In this document: positions 1 to 15,044 of the stretch, one piece after another
Position numbering within the stretch: position 1 is the first letter of the stretch
Layout of the letters: each line of letters begins with the position of its first letter
Assembly: GCF_000150275.1 (NCBI RefSeq)
Contig: NW_002060946.1
Span: 3,305,454 to 3,369,453, forward strand
Reading direction: 5' to 3'
Origin: Trichoplax adhaerens
Lineage: Eukaryota > Animalia > Placozoa
DNA length: 64,000 nucleotides
Notes under the pieces: model-generated
The model's database searches: none
What the model saw: only the letters and a program-made list of their open reading frames with translations
Told to the model about the DNA's origin: nothing
Program-made: the position numbers and the translations under genes

Positions 1-1186
1 TCCAACTCTAGTTTCATAAGATTTTGAACAATTTTTAGCGTCTAGCATGACATAATATTCATGATTTTCCGCTAAAGGCATCTCATCCCCATCAGTGATT
101 TCATTCTCACGTAATTTTGTATAAGTAGCTGGATACTTGCCTTCATTCTAATAGGGAAAGAAAACCATAATATATCAGAACTGGTGGGATTAAATACTGG
201 TTCAAAATTATAGTAAATACCATGGCGCCCACTAACTGATCTTTGTTATATATCTGATGCCAAAATGGTATGCCCAATAAAGATGATTTACAGAGAGGCT
301 GGTTCCATCTGAACTTCATAGCATTTCCAAGTGCTTTAGTTAGTTGATCTTGGATACCATTGGTAATGGCAACAGTGGTGTGAGCATCTTTAAAAAATGT
401 TTCGTAAAACAGTTTTTCCCAATATTCGACTCTTTCTTTCTCAGTGCTACCAGTAATGCATACCAAGAGATCAGCTTGAAGGATTAACCAATGGTCAAGA
501 AATAACTGTTTCAACTTTTCAATATTCACCGACGGGGTAACTTTTACGTACTATGAAAGCCATTAATATAATTATAATTATCGATAGGTAATAGCTAATA
601 TCAAAAAATTCATCTTAACGGTTTGTATCATAATTCTAATTAAAATAGTACTTTGATAATATCATTCAATACTCGTACAAATAAATTACGACTTTGGCTA
701 TCCTTTATATGATTCTACATTTGGCCTAAAGTTAAAATGTAAAGTATAGTCTTAATTGAGACTGTTAAATTGCTATAATCAAACAGACTATCCTAAGTGT
801 TTTACAGTGCCGTGCTATGCTATTTCACTTAAGCGTTTATATCTCAAAAAGAGACCGAACGTAAGATAATTCACATCTCAAGCCCAATTATAATCTGATT
901 AATCTTACCCGAGCAGATCGAGAATTATTATCCGTAGATAACTTCAATTCTCCAAAAGTATCAAGGCTTTATGAAAACGTTGAAAAAATGCATAAAATAT
1001 AGTAAAGCATTGCAAAATCGTGATATTAGTAACTGTTTCCTGATATTATGACTTTATAAGCAACGAAATGAAGTAAAATAGTGCAATTAAATAATTGATA
1101 AATTTAACTAGAGATTGGAATGATCTAAAGCCTAACCTTTGACTCAATTGATTGAGTATGAAATCTTTTTCTTTTTCTTCTTGTAT
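1..1186 (-). CDS. TRPM-family (TRPM2-like) cation channel, N-terminal MHR1/2 (SLOG) region; partial, continues off the left edge; upstream exons unresolved
   Basis: GT-AG exons 1137-1186 (tentative), 909-966, 221-550 and <1-147 splice in frame to ...LDTFGELKLSTDNNSRSAR|YVKVTPSVNIEKLKQLFLDHWLILQADLLVCITGS...VAITNG...ALGNAM...LLGIPFWHQIYNKDQLVGAM|NEGKYPATY...LAENHEYYVMLD. This parallels TRPM2 PTDAFGDI..KYVRVS..HW..LLISVTGG..GAWIITGG..VGEAV..IGVATW..GSFPAEY..LDSNHSHFILVD. The ORF-track stop at 143 falls just past the acceptor at 148-149 in a different frame from exon <1-147, an artefact of reading through intron 148-220. Confidence 0.8.
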
Positions 1187-4100
1187 CTATAAGAAAACAC
1201 ATATGCTGACATACACCAAGCCTTACAGAACGAAATCGCTTTCTGATGAACGGAAAATAATTTCCTATTAAAAAATTATGTGATCTATAAACTACCTGGA
1301 ACATCATCTTGCCAATTAGATAATTTAAGAGATAAAGTCACAGTTGGCGTATCGTAAAATGTGCACAATGGTTTATAGGATTTCTTGTTCAATAACTCGT
1401 CAATCTTTGGTTATTTAGCTACAAAATCGTCAATTAATAATAACTTTACGAATAACATATACTAAGGAAAGCTTTTATCCTATTATGGTCGCGATATCAA
1501 CGCAATAGTAACCAATCAATATCCATTTATGGCAGATTAAAAATACTTTTACCGTCTTAGGTAAGTAAGATCTGATGCAATGCTAGTAGTTCGTTTCTGT
1601 GCAAATTTGTATTTTGTTCAACTATATAAAGATGCTACTGCAGCCAATTAGAGCATTATCCAAAAAAGCAATAAGAGTGTAGGAAACTAGTAGTATTAAT
1701 AGATTTTAATCATTATCTAAGAATGTAAATTGCAATTAAGAGCTAATTTGAAAGCTAAAAATTATAGAATTAACATAAAAATAGATATGCCATTTACAAA
1801 TTAAGTTACATGAAAGATCTGCTATGATAACAACTAGTAATATCTTGTAGTGAAGCCCCAAATAAGCTTAAGACTAAAATTATGGAATAATGCGAAAATT
1901 GATAAATTGTACGCTAGATTATAAGACTGTATAAGTTTCTAATTGTGGAAGATGTTTACGGAATGTGTTGTAGTAATCGTATTGAGATGCTTATATTAAG
2001 ACTCTGAGATAATAATAGATAGCGCTAATTATATTAGTACTATGAGATTTGTATTGTAACGCTTTAATTAGAAGCATGAATTTGAATTGATAACGTGATG
2101 GTAAATTTAGATGTGAACTTGTAACTTACCTGGTAAGATATGATTGTGCTTGAAAGAAAATCATTGTGTAAATAATTGCATATAAGTTGTGAATATTGCT
2201 GTGATAATTCAGTTGGTCCTTGGTAGTTATGAGACGAACCTGATCTTATGTAATAAAGTGGAGTTTACAAGAAACTGTAGTTCGTGTTGTATTTTTGAGA
2301 AGACTCTTGGTCACATATCTTTGTACCAAGATGGTAAAAATGTGATACATCGCCAGATACTGCTCGTAGTCAAAAGGGAACCAATAACAAACTTGTACCA
2401 TGTAGCTCATTAAATTTAGACTTTGTACTCAGTAATCTTGATGATATTGGTAACAATCAGTTTACATAAATAAATACACGTATGTTAAGTTCATGTTAAA
2501 TCCTTGAAAATACTTACCTACTGTAAATACATATAATACGGTAGAGTTACTTCTTGCATCTATGTTGGTTGTGATCAATTTGGATTCGAAATGATTTCAT
2601 GTTCGTTTAGTAGGCATAATTAATACCTCAACTTATTATTTATTTAATCAAGTTCAATTCAGTGGTATTACTAGATGAAATCTAATATTCTTTTATATCG
2701 ATAAGCAGGTTTCGTATAAATTCCTTTACAAAGCCTATGTACTGTACTCTTAAATATTCACAGCCAGATATTAATAACACAGTTCAATGTTTTGTATCAT
2801 TTTAATGAATGCATTTTGATCCTTGTGTGCTTAAGTATAGGAGGTAAACTGGATTAGGCAATATGTAAATGGCTAAAAAAATTGCAACATATTATGAGCT
2901 GTAAACGAGTAAGCATAGAATATTAGCTAACAAGATGTGATATTACAATATAGGCTTACTTACAGTCCTCCTGCTGTGCTCCTAACATTGTAAAAGCTAT
3001 CTTTTTTCGCCTATCTCGTTAGTTAGTTCTGGTAGTTACACGGTAAGCTTGCACGCTTTACCAATTCTACACTACTACAGTTATTCGACTAATCACGTCG
3101 TTACTCGCATGATAATCTTACACTAGCCCAATAAAGGTTTCTCTTCCGTTAAGTATTCTATTGTACTTTATTGCGACTAATGATGAACTCTCAACCTTCC
3201 GAAACATCACAGTAACTGGAAGACTTTTACTCCGCCTAGATGTGCAACCTTAATGTTACACTACTATTCGGATACAGCAGTAGAAAGGGTAGTAAACTTC
3301 ACTGTCTATATGAACACTCTCTGTTTAAATTGTCTTAGAACTGGATCATAAATATGGAAAGGCAAGGACTGCTTGATTCATCTCTTGGCACTGTTGCTTA
3401 GTTTCACTAGATTAAAAACTTATACCTTCAGGGATAAACTGCGATATTGTAAGCAAGGACTGTATTGTATTTCGACAGCCAAGAGAGGAATTATCTACTT
3501 GAAAGTATAAAAACGACTAACTGAGTAATATTGAGACTTACTTAGCTTCAATTTATACATATTTGCAGCTACTTCCATCTCTTCAATGCAAAACATATGG
3601 AAGCACAACTTCCATTTTACAATCAATGTAATAACAAAACGTCATTTAATCCAAACTGTGAGTAATTCACATACAAAGCTGTAATGCTTCCGATTAAATA
3701 TGTTTTCGCTATCTTGAGATTATAAATACGAGTAAGTGGTGAAATAATATTAGATCAAAATTCATTAGGAGACTCTTTCGTTGCAAGTAGTATTTTTTTT
3801 ATAACAGACGATTTATAAGAATTTCTTTACATAAGAATCAAAATTTTAAATCATTACAAGGCCTTAAAAATTAGCTGGCATTACCAAGATATCAATATTT
3901 TAACTTGGTAGATTGTCGTCATTCCAATGCTGCTATCCACAAATAACTTTAAAATTACAATACGTAAGACTACTACTTTTCAGATAGTTTTAATTCGTAA
4001 TTCATTAAAGATATGACTTTTTCTTATTTCATATCATATCATTCTGCATATATGGTATTAGTCAGTAGTATTCAATAGCTCATTAAAAAACATCGACAAT

Positions 4101-4638
4101 AATGCATGAAATTTTTTTCTTGGTTCTTTTAAATATACTAAAGGAGTTTCTGACTAAACATTATATTCATTATGACATGAATCAGTGATATGTAGGATAG
4201 GTATATCAGACATTACCAAGTACACCAAATGATTCTAGATGATACAATAGCTTTTTCTAAATGAATATATATTTAGTTAACAAGCATCATCGTCTAATGT
4301 GATCATCTTCTATTTATCAGTTACAAAAATTATAATGCGCAAAACTACAACATATTATGCTTTCGCATAAATTTTCTCTGTTATAACAGCTTTGCTATTT
4401 ACAGTTGTATAATAATATACGACAGTATAGCAAAAATGAAGTGTTATTGTACTCGTATTTATAGTACGGGATTTATGGCGCAGTAGAGAAAATATAACTT
4501 ACGGATAATGATGAATTAGTGTTATGGAACTGATGGATATATTTTACAAAATGACCATAGTAATTAATTAAAGAATTTTTATTGACCTATAGAGGCGTTG
4601 TAAAATATTTAATATCCATGGACAGACAATAATCTATC

Positions 4639-7600
4639 TTAGCTTTCTACAGTAATTGTACCAATTACATTACATACTAAAGATTGCAAATCAGTTATTC
4701 GAACCCTAGCTGTCTCTAACATTTGATGCTCCATGGATACATCCCCTCCAATTTCGCTGCCAACATCTTTATAAGTTATTATTAATAAAGCGCAAATTCG
4801 CATATTGCAATGCATTCCCATCGTAACCTCTGGGACAGTATCCATTGCTAACATATCCATGCCAAGGGTACGTATAAATCTAAGTTCAGCGTTAGATTCT
4901 AGAGAAGGACCTGAAACAAACATTAAAGTTCCTTGGCGAATTAATTCTCCTATTCCACAAGTTCTAGCAGATGATTCCACAACACTTCGCAAACGCACAT
5001 CGTAAGCATTCGATTTTACAATCGGTGTCCCATTTAACTGCCTACAATAGTCAAGAGAACAGATGAAAATTGAATAATGAACAGTAAATACTCAAAAATT
5101 GCAAGCAGTCATCAACGTAATAAATCTAAAGTTATTCCTTCATTTATTATTAATCAGTATTTAAAGCTTTACCTGGTTTGCTTTGTAGTACCATAACAGG
5201 CAGAATCTGTACCACATAAACTAGGTAAGTTGATGTGGTCTTTAACTAAAACAATATCTCCAATATCAAAGTCTGGATTTAAACTACGAGATACGCCAAT
5301 GGTAAGTAGGATTTCCACGCCTAGCGCGAACATTATCTTAATGGGAAGAATAACCTATTTGATTGTTTTAAAAAAATGAAAGACAGCATTATATTGCAGC
5401 AGATAGATGAATTTAGATAACATTTTTGCTGAGCACTATATGTTATCAATGTCTAGCTTATTCTATCTACCGATCCAGTTATAGCGTAGAATAATCCTTA
5501 AGCTAACAATCATATTAAGGGAAAATAAGCAAAAAGCATAGATATATATTTATTACCGTTTCAATGGAGAATCCTTCATACATATGATATTGTCCTTGAA
5601 TACAGATAACTGGTTTGCCACTAACCAGGCCAAAAATTAAGTCATGATCTGAAGTAGCTTTATAATCTACGGCAAATACAATAAAAAAGTCATTGATTTC
5701 GCAATAGTACCACTCCGAGATATATTAAATACGTAAAAACCATAAATTAATTATATCTTCAAAAGTTATCATTTCTTTTGCAGTAAATTAATCAATTTTG
5801 ATAAACATCAAATGAACTGTTACATTCTAGTATCGTCAAAAATGAATACGATAGTTATTATATTGCATTACATTTCGATACCATCTATGTTAGTAAAGCT
5901 TAAAGTTGTCATTCTTTACACATATGATCATGGAATTGGTCATAATTAGAGTGAGTAGAGTAGTAGGGCACGTATTTGAGGCAGATATTTTATCCCTATC
6001 TCATACCTTCCATATTTTAACGGTGATGCTGTATATTTTCAATAGTGCTTTAGCTAATTAAACAGACTACCTTTTCATTTACCAGTTATACACGTATCTT
6101 TATTATTAGTATAGATCTTTTCACGAATCGTGTATCTTCACAATGAAACATACATAAAGCTATTCATCTATAATTTAAGGCAATATTTTGCTTCGGACTC
6201 GTCATAATGCTAAAGCTTTACATTCGATAGCATTTGTTGCAATTAAATTAAATTCCCATGGCAATATTGTAAATTAGTAAAATGTTTCAAATTACTAGTT
6301 GAACTATATCAGTTTGAAAAGCTCATTTTAGGGACAGGATTACAAATGCATTCGATAACTAGTTTAAAAATCTGTGTTTCAGTGTGCAATTTGTGTCAGT
6401 TTTGGAAGAGTTGTCGTATACTAGAAAACTAGCCTTAATAGTGTAAGCAAATAACTACTATAAATACTGCATACACTTTTGTGCGATATAGATAGTTGCA
6501 GTGTGATGCTTGAATGCTTGTGCTAAATAACTCGCAAAAGTAGTCAGTGTTTTATTATCCAATTATACAGTATACGGCAGAAATGCTTACGTATGATGTC
6601 TTTTGGTGTACATTATCGCCACTTTTTGCTTTATTACCAAACCATCATAAGTCTATAACCTAATGCGAATTTAATCTTTGTTTATGACTGAAAATCATAT
6701 ACAGAATGCAATCGTGCGACTACCTCTGTGTCATGGCCAATTTTCTATTCTACTATATATGCTATAGGACATCGATCAAAATGCTGTATTATTAGAATGG
6801 TTGGAATGGAATGATTATATTGTTATATGAATCTTATTATTGACGTTAATTCTATTGCTATGAAATTGAGAGCTAAATTGTTCGTTTCGTATTATTCATG
6901 CCGTTAATTGATCATTTTCTGGTTAATAAACTTTCATTATTTGGAATTCTGTTTATGCTGAAAGCTAATACATTTCCCGTAATTACATGTGAAAATTCTA
7001 CGTAATTCCAGCGATTGACGTCAAAATTTCCGTTAAAGTTGAAATAATGCCAAAACGAACGTTGGCAAATTCCATTTCGCTGTGGACGGAAATTGTATTT
7101 TCGTTATAGAAGTAAAAAGCCTATGATTTATACAGAGAGTGCTAGCACTCTATCTATACATTTTTGTTGATAATTACGATCAAGAAGAGATATAGCCACA
7201 ATAGTAAAATCCTAAAGTAGACTAACATTCCATTGAATGATACATATCGAACTTATAAAGCGATTAATTATAGCAGTATTGGCATTAAAACACTGGCAAA
7301 AAAGGTATTGCAATTCAGCACGAATTGCTTTAAATTTCTTACTAGTCTGAAAAGCGATAAAAGCTGATTGAATTATAACTTTCGACCAGATACACATATT
7401 ACCTAGCTACCCTTGGGCAGGTATTGAGTTAGTGATGAAGTACTGTAACGAATGAATTAAAATTATCAAAAATCAAACAGTAAAGACAATATGATGGCGT
7501 GTAATATTTATAATTAATTTAATAATTCTCAATATAAAAAATCCACTTCAAATCGCTCAAGTCTGAAAGCGATGGAAGCTGAAAAAATTGAAACTATTGA

Positions 7601-9307
7601 GCGGATACGTATACATATATTACTAGCTAACATCGGCAAGTATGGAGTAAGAGATGAAGCACTTTAACGAATAGATTATAATTAATTATCAAAAAATCAA
7701 ACAAAAAAGATGATATGATCCCATTAAGCGTTTATAATTTAATAATTAATTCTCCCAAAAAATTCGCTACAAATCGTTTTTGTCATCAAATGAAGTGAGG
7801 TAAGGTTTTGCATACTAAGGAAAAAATTCATAACTGTTTTCAACGTGAATTTTCTGCCTTATAGCTATAGGACAATAACTAATAAATGATGAGACCTGTG
7901 TAAGACAGCATGACTGATCAGAAACAATATAGGAGACTGAAATAATGTTGCACTTTCCAACATTTCCTGTCAACGAAAACTTGAATAATCACAAGTAAAA
8001 ACCGACAAAAAATTTCACTTGAAATCGATCAGTTTGGTCATCTTGATCAAGCCTCTATTCTTGAACTGTATGTAAGCTATAACTACTGTTTCTACTCTCT
8101 CCTCCTGTTGGATTCTACCAATTAATATAAGTGTAGTCGCAGTGTCGCGGAAATTGAAGCCCGGCAATATTTAATGTTTACTCAAATAACCATAAAGCAT
8201 GTTATATAATTGGGAATGAGCTGAGATTTACATATAAATTTCAGCCAACATTGACAGTATCAGTGCCATGTTATGATAGATATCAAGGGACAATTAAGAT
8301 GTCATGTTATTCTTACTTGGTGATGGAAAACAAGGCAAAGATGAACAACTAATGACTTGCTTTTTCTGTATGATATTAGCAACAGCATCTAATCCTTTGC
8401 CACAAACAAGCCCAATTTTAGGCGATAGCCTAGTTTTCTTTCGTAAATAATTGGCGATCGTGTTGACATCATTATCTTTTGGCCTGTTTAGATAAAGTCA
8501 TTAATGATTAAAATAATAGATAGGTAAAATTATAGTTGCTTAAATTTGATCACTGATAAAGCCAATAGGATTGTAAATTTCATACCCGACTAAAGTTATT
8601 ACTGTATACGATAAGCTAAAGTATCCTATACTTTATCAATTTCAAATCTGTTACAGTTTACCATGAAATGCCAGCAGTTTGTTAATGAGTTATAAATATC
8701 TATCACAATCTCAGAGTTGATGTATAATACTGTAGTATGTCTATATTCAGTGAGAAAACTGAAATTCAATAATTTCCATGAAAAAAATAACAGCTTTAAG
8801 CATGAACGTGAGAAGTAAGTTACTTTATCTTAAATATTAGGTAAAGATCCATAAGAAGAGAAACAAGTAGAAAAATAAACTAGAGCGTGATGCATTTCAA
8901 GCATTGACACCGTTGCAATTCTAACTAAGGTAGCACATGAGTTGTAGAATATATGATTAAAAACTTCTTTTATCCAACTTTATTAGTAGATATTGAGTGA
9001 ATTTTGTCCAAATAGTCAAAACATTGGACGTAACAAATAGTAGAATCAATACTCATTGCATCAGTTCACTGATATTAAATTTAAAGCGATTATCAATTAT
9101 TATCCATAACATCGAAATGGCTATCTACAATACTGCACTACTTGTTAATTGAGAGCTTATTGGTAAGTTGCTAAGCATGGAGAAAGTACAGGTACCATAC
9201 TTTCTAATATGTATGCGAGTATATATATAAATCCAATGCATTTTCTTAGTCGGTCATTTGATATTGTTTACGTTGACAACGTACCTTAAAGAATTAGTTC
9301 CACTCAT
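4639..9307 (-). CDS. Divergent purine nucleoside phosphorylase-like protein (~294 aa), probable pseudoenzyme or neofunctionalised paralogue
   Basis: Exons 9285-9307 (MSGTNSLR), 8317-8483, 5557-5666 (alternative acceptor 5657), 5173-5354 and 4639-5041 total 885 nt in an open frame, with the same intron phases (2,1,0,2) as the PNP at 18415-22801. PNP fold motifs are retained (PKIGLVCG, LIFGLVSGKPVICIQG.YHMYEG, GDIVLVKDHINLP, GPSLE, M.TVPEV) but the active-site residues are altered. Confidence 0.88.
7343..7777. repeat. Degenerate tandem duplication, 2 x ~217 bp, in intron 2 of the PNP-like gene
   Basis: Units at ~7343 and ~7560 both begin agtctgaaagcgat..aagctga and share tagcta, gatgaag.act.taacgaat, attatcaaaaa(a)tcaaaca and caaatcg. 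Confidence 0.8.
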
Positions 9308-12300
9308 CTTGAATGGGCCTGTATAAGTTCTATCTTGTCGAAATTGTCTAAACTAAATCAATACGTTGGAGAAGGAAAATTAATTTTTAGACCATTTTAT
9401 AACATAATAATTGTCCATCTTATTTAACTTATAATTAGGTTTAGAACTTAAAGTGAATCTTGGAATGAAATCGATTGATATAACATAATGAGTAACAAAA
9501 AAGTAAGAAAATTATCGACTTATTTCTAGTCATGGTGTTGATGTAGCTAAATATTCCATTTAATTAGAAAATCAAATAGAGACAACTTCTGAATCTTCTT
9601 GCGGCACCTTTGGAATTAAGTTCTGGATTTTATTAATATTTAGAGTAATTAACATGAAGCGCTATTTTAGATTACCTTCTATCACTCTTGATTGAATGAT
9701 TCAAATGCTCTTAGATTAATTTCGTATTCGCCAATTTAGTAGCAGGAAATGATAGTAGATATGTCTCTTTTAATAAAGTATGAAAATGAGCTGTGAATTC
9801 TTGAATTGGACATGTAGATATCGAGGACCAGTTGCCATAAATATAACTTCGTTGTGATAATAACGTTAAGTAAACTGGTGAACAGCTAAAAATCTACCCT
9901 GTAGAAAGTTGCAACACTAAAATTACTATACGCTGATTGTGTAATGGCTGATAATTTATACAGCTTGTAAAATAACATAGTAGGAAGTTAGTACATTTAA
10001 ACTTCAGAAAAAATTACTATTGCTCTATTTAAAGCGTTAGAAAGCAAGACTGTGACTGTTTTGAAGAGACAAAGTAGATTGAAATATCAGTATATATGTA
10101 TAATATAAGCGATGACAAAACTATTTACTGGTATTTTGCAGTAAATTATTATTACTATTGATTAATTCATAAGACTGACTATGAAATAAGAAAGGATTTT
10201 CTTGATAGAAAAAGTTTATTTACTCTTTCCAATAAATAGCAAAGTAACAAAAGAAGCCTCACGAAGATATTACAATAGACTTGACAGTTGGCTAGTTAAA
10301 TTAAAAACTAATAGTATTGTTTTCAATCGATAATAATTAATTCATTCTAAGTATTGAAGGCAATATGTATATACAATACATCTCTATATATATTGAAATA
10401 GAAACAGACTATTGATGCTATATTCTCTCTCGCTTATTCATACAAGCCATTATTGTAGGTTATCATCGGTACACCTGCCGAATATGAAATTTTCTCATTT
10501 TTTAAATAATAGGATTCGGCACTATGTCAAGTTACGATAAATTAATAACTAACAATATTCTACTGTATGGAATCGCTCATGACGGCAGTTATATTAAAAT
10601 CTACGTCATTAGGCTATGTAATAACTGTCGATAATGTTGTTAACAGAGAGAATATATACGAGCACATTTATTTAATAAATAGAAACTTTGATGAAATAAG
10701 CTGACAATAAGTGTAATAGAGATTTCAATCTTGGCTAATATCCTACTACATTAAATAAATTTAATACTGCTCTTTTCTAACTTGTGAATCGATTACAGCA
10801 AAAATTAGTATTGAGTTGTTCTAGATCAAAGGAATCGATAAAAACAAAAAATGGAATAATGATCTTAGTTTAAAGTGCAGCCTACACTATGGGTAAAGAT
10901 GCTCATTTTAGAATTCGGATTCATATTTTTATTGTATGATATATTTATTTTTCTTCTACAACTCTATGAATGACAACAGCATGAGAATTGAATAATATCG
11001 TTATGCATTTGGATAAAGTTGGATCACCTTGATATTAAAAATAGAATCATTAGCACTAGTACTATCGTCAATACGCGCTTCAATTTTACTAAAAGTAACA
11101 AACAACGGCTTAATTTACTGTAAAATTTTAAACTGGACTGCGATGTAGATACTTCATGAAATATTCAGCATCTATGGGTGTGTAATAGATTGGAACTAGA
11201 TCCTCTTTATTCTACTGGTTTTATAATATCTCGTGGCAAAATAGTCATTTATCGCTTTAGTTACAATAGATCATAAAAATGTAAGTCACATTGCATGTGT
11301 GCATTTTAAATACTCTAAAAAAAGGTAGCTCAAAGTATCAGATCGTTATTGAAAATTAACTTCAAATAATGTGGAATAAAAATAGCGTGATGTTGGCATT
11401 GATTGCATATTTTATTCATTATTTTGTATTGATATACCCTTATTTTAACAGTATATTATTTCTTTTGGTATAAATACGTTATTAACTGTCAAATTTGCTA
11501 AAACATCAATCAGATTCAGTATAAATTTATTAATAAATATTTAAGAGCGCAATAAGTACCGGTATTTCCACTACCACAATTTCAGCTTAAGCTGATAGAA
11601 GGCCATCTTGAATAAGTTTTTAAAAATGCAGTAAGTATCAATGTACTCTCCGCGTCATTTAAACGATAAGCAATTAGGAGACTGCGTCAATTTCTAGAAG
11701 AATTTCGTAAATAAACGCAATTTGAAATAGCAGTATCGGTATGCTAAGTGACCAGCTACCTACATAAACCGTTAGGTAAATTAACAATAGTAAAAAACTA
11801 CCAAAGCGTCTCCAAATTTACGGAATAAAAATATTCATCACAATGCGATATTTGATAAATAAGATTATGATTGTTGGCAACATGAATGCTCAATAGAATT
11901 ACTGATAACTATCAAATTTGAAAAGAGGCATTTAAGTACGCGCCAACACTATTTATAAATTAAATATATTTCGTAGTAGGTAAAAAGTCATTTATAATTC
12001 TGCTATATCTGGTTTCTACGCACACATTGACAATAGTGAAATATAAAGCATTCAATTGAATCAACTTTTCTCCAAGTAAGAAATCATTCTATCAATCAAT
12101 CAATTTAAGTTTAGTTTAATTTATTAGATACCTAAATTAGTAGTCAGTAAATATAACTATCGATTCTTAATACACCGTAAGCACAATCTAGGTATTATTA
12201 TTATCGAATGCAAAGAGTAAACATAAAGAGGCCATAGAAGATATGAAAGGAACAAACTCTGTTATTATAGTACAAAAGCGTAAGGAAATTTCAATTATTC

Positions 12301-15044
12301 CCTTTACTATTATAGTCCATGTAGAATTAACTATGCGGTCTATATGCCGAGAAAAAGTTTCAATGAGGTTATGATAACAAAGTTCGCAGCAGTTGGCTAT
12401 AAAAGTCTATATTTCAAGTAATGCTACAGTAACTATCATACCTTCAATCACCATAAGAGAAAGATATATTATAATTCTCGTTCGCCAATAGACAGTATAC
12501 AAATACTACGCATATTATTGCTTGCTCGGATGTTTATGGAAATATAGGCCATGACATTGTGTATGGTATATCAAGACTTGGTTCTACATCAATCTATCGA
12601 GATAAAATAACTATGTATTTCATACACTGGTTATGAATGAAATAGACATTTCTTCTCAGCTTTTGTAAGCAAACTGGTTTCTTTCTTTCTGTGCTTGAGT
12701 TGTAAAATCTATTTATTTTTGCTCTTGAAATATTGTTACTACGGCGACTACACGTATTCTTACAACAGCATTTTTAAGGAACACCATGCGAGAAAAATAT
12801 CACCTCAATCGCTGTTGAGGTACTCGTTTTGTTTTTAGTTATAGTAGCACGATGATATAGAATCAGAAGATTATTAAACGTTTATCATACATTAGAATAA
12901 TTAATCTGTCTTTCCTCTGTTTATAGAGGAATGTAATAATAATTTTAAGCTAAAACTATACTATCATGCGTTGATGTTTGCGATATAAAACTTTCAAAAT
13001 AGTCTTTGTAGAAAGTAAATACCTCAAATACACCTGAATGAACACTAAAGGAGTTGTATAGGCGAATATCGGTTTTACGTTGACGAAGAGAAACGAACTC
13101 TTGTAGACCTGTCGATAACGACTCGGCTTGGCAATGTACTTTGCAATATTTAACGTGTAACATGGAATCGATAACCTACAATAAAACTGGACTACTATCT
13201 CATTAGCTTACGTACATTAGCATATTTATATGTTTTAAAACAATAGCAGGAACAACATTACGATGATTTTAGCAGTGAGTATATTCCGAGAAATCTATCC
13301 ACTGTTTTTTCATTGCGTAAGACTAAAATGAATATCGTTTGAGATCATTAGCCGAATTTAATTTTAAGAAATAATCCTACATATCGCGAAAGGTGGAAAT
13401 TCTGTTGCTATACTCTATGCGGATAGAAATTAACCAATTTCAATTAAATTCTGCATATCTAATCTAGGTATTATTTTACTGCTATTGCCAAAACTTAATT
13501 TTCCTATTATATAAAGTAGGAGAAATTTCTCGTTTGCAGGATTATGTATTAATACCCAAAACTACTATTTAGATTCTGTAGACAGAAGCCAATCGATTCA
13601 TCAACACGTATATAGAGATTACCAATATAATCATCTGCATAGCGTGTTGATTGTTATCCTACGCATTCTTGGATCTACGATATGACCTCGCACATGACAA
13701 GATCAATTTTTTTTTACCTTGCGTTAACACGATTGACTTGTAAGAAAAAGATACATGATAATTCTGTGAGATCTCTCTTATTTCACTTGACTTATGTTTG
13801 ACCGATTTGCTAGAATTAGCTATACGGATTGTTAGTTATTGATAATTACAGTACTCACGTTGATAAAGTCGATTTATGATACTTGATTGGAGTATAAATT
13901 GCGCAGAACTAGACTGCCCTACTAGCACATTACAACAATGGATATTTACTACTGTTGTCTGTGGAGTAGAAAAGTTCTTTTCCCTCTGTCTAAAGGCTGA
14001 ACAGCTAGCCATAAAGGCGGGCGGCTATACAGTACATAAAAATCTGAAAAACCATTTTTATTTATAATAATATAGCCTTCATAGGCGTGCGTACTGAGTA
14101 CACTACTATGAAAGCTTGCATGCTTTCTCAACCAGGAAATGAAATCCTTTTATGTTGTACGCATCAGTTTCTATAGTTTATAGTACAGCATTTTCTTGCT
14201 TTAGTATAGTTGTCCCTGATCTATAACAGGGTAATAAATTATTTATTTTTCCCTCATAATTTTCAATTTTCAGCAATTAAAAATGATGTAGTCCATAGTT
14301 GTAGTCATTGTTTGCCGATCTTACATATTGGGCTGTCCAGTGCTAAATGATCTTGCAATGTAATACGTGTACGGATATTCAGCTGTTATACGTATGTACT
14401 AACTATCACAAATATCCATCAGATAGTAGTGATTTGTCCTAGGCGACAGAAGAATTTGAGAAAGGCATCATCTTGAGTTGCTATACCATCTATTTCAAGT
14501 CTCAATAATTATTTTATTTGAACAATCTGAACACCGAGTGAGGCTATATATCGCGCTGTACTACATTGGCAAATTGCGTTGTACGCATATTGCAATCCAT
14601 TTCGACTACAGTTCGTGCCAATTTATCATGAATATCCTCAAGTATTAGTGATTTATTCTACGTGATATCATCTCAGCGCATAAATAGCATTAGTTCAAAG
14701 TCTGTTCAAGAATCCTAAACTCGAACAATTTGAAGATTCGTAGAGGCCAAATCAGCAATATTTCGTGCTGGATTGGAATCGATATTTGCCTATTGTACGG
14801 TACAGGGTGTGTGGAAAGTCATTTGATATTGAAAGTGCCATTTAAATGACAGACGTAGGCAAATTGCCAACTATTTTGGGATATTTCTTTGTATACTAAT
14901 GTTACGGAATAATTTGGAAATCTCAACTGTATACTGTACGTATAATCTATAGTAATCTACAGTATCTACAGTAGGATATCCCTCGGATAGTGATAATTTA
15001 TGTGTATGATGCATTCTGCTGTAGATGATAGAATCGTTAAGAAA

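Noticed and set aside
2130-2460. Possible upstream TRPM coding exon or ORF 2189-2413
   Set aside because: No minus-strand frame stays open to the donor at ~2129, so it is UTR at most. The plus-strand ORF has no support.
4639-9307. Calling the PNP paralogue a pseudogene or MTAP
   Set aside because: There are no stops or frameshifts and the splice sites are intact. Intron positions and motifs (YHMYEG, KDHINLP) match PNP, not MTAP.
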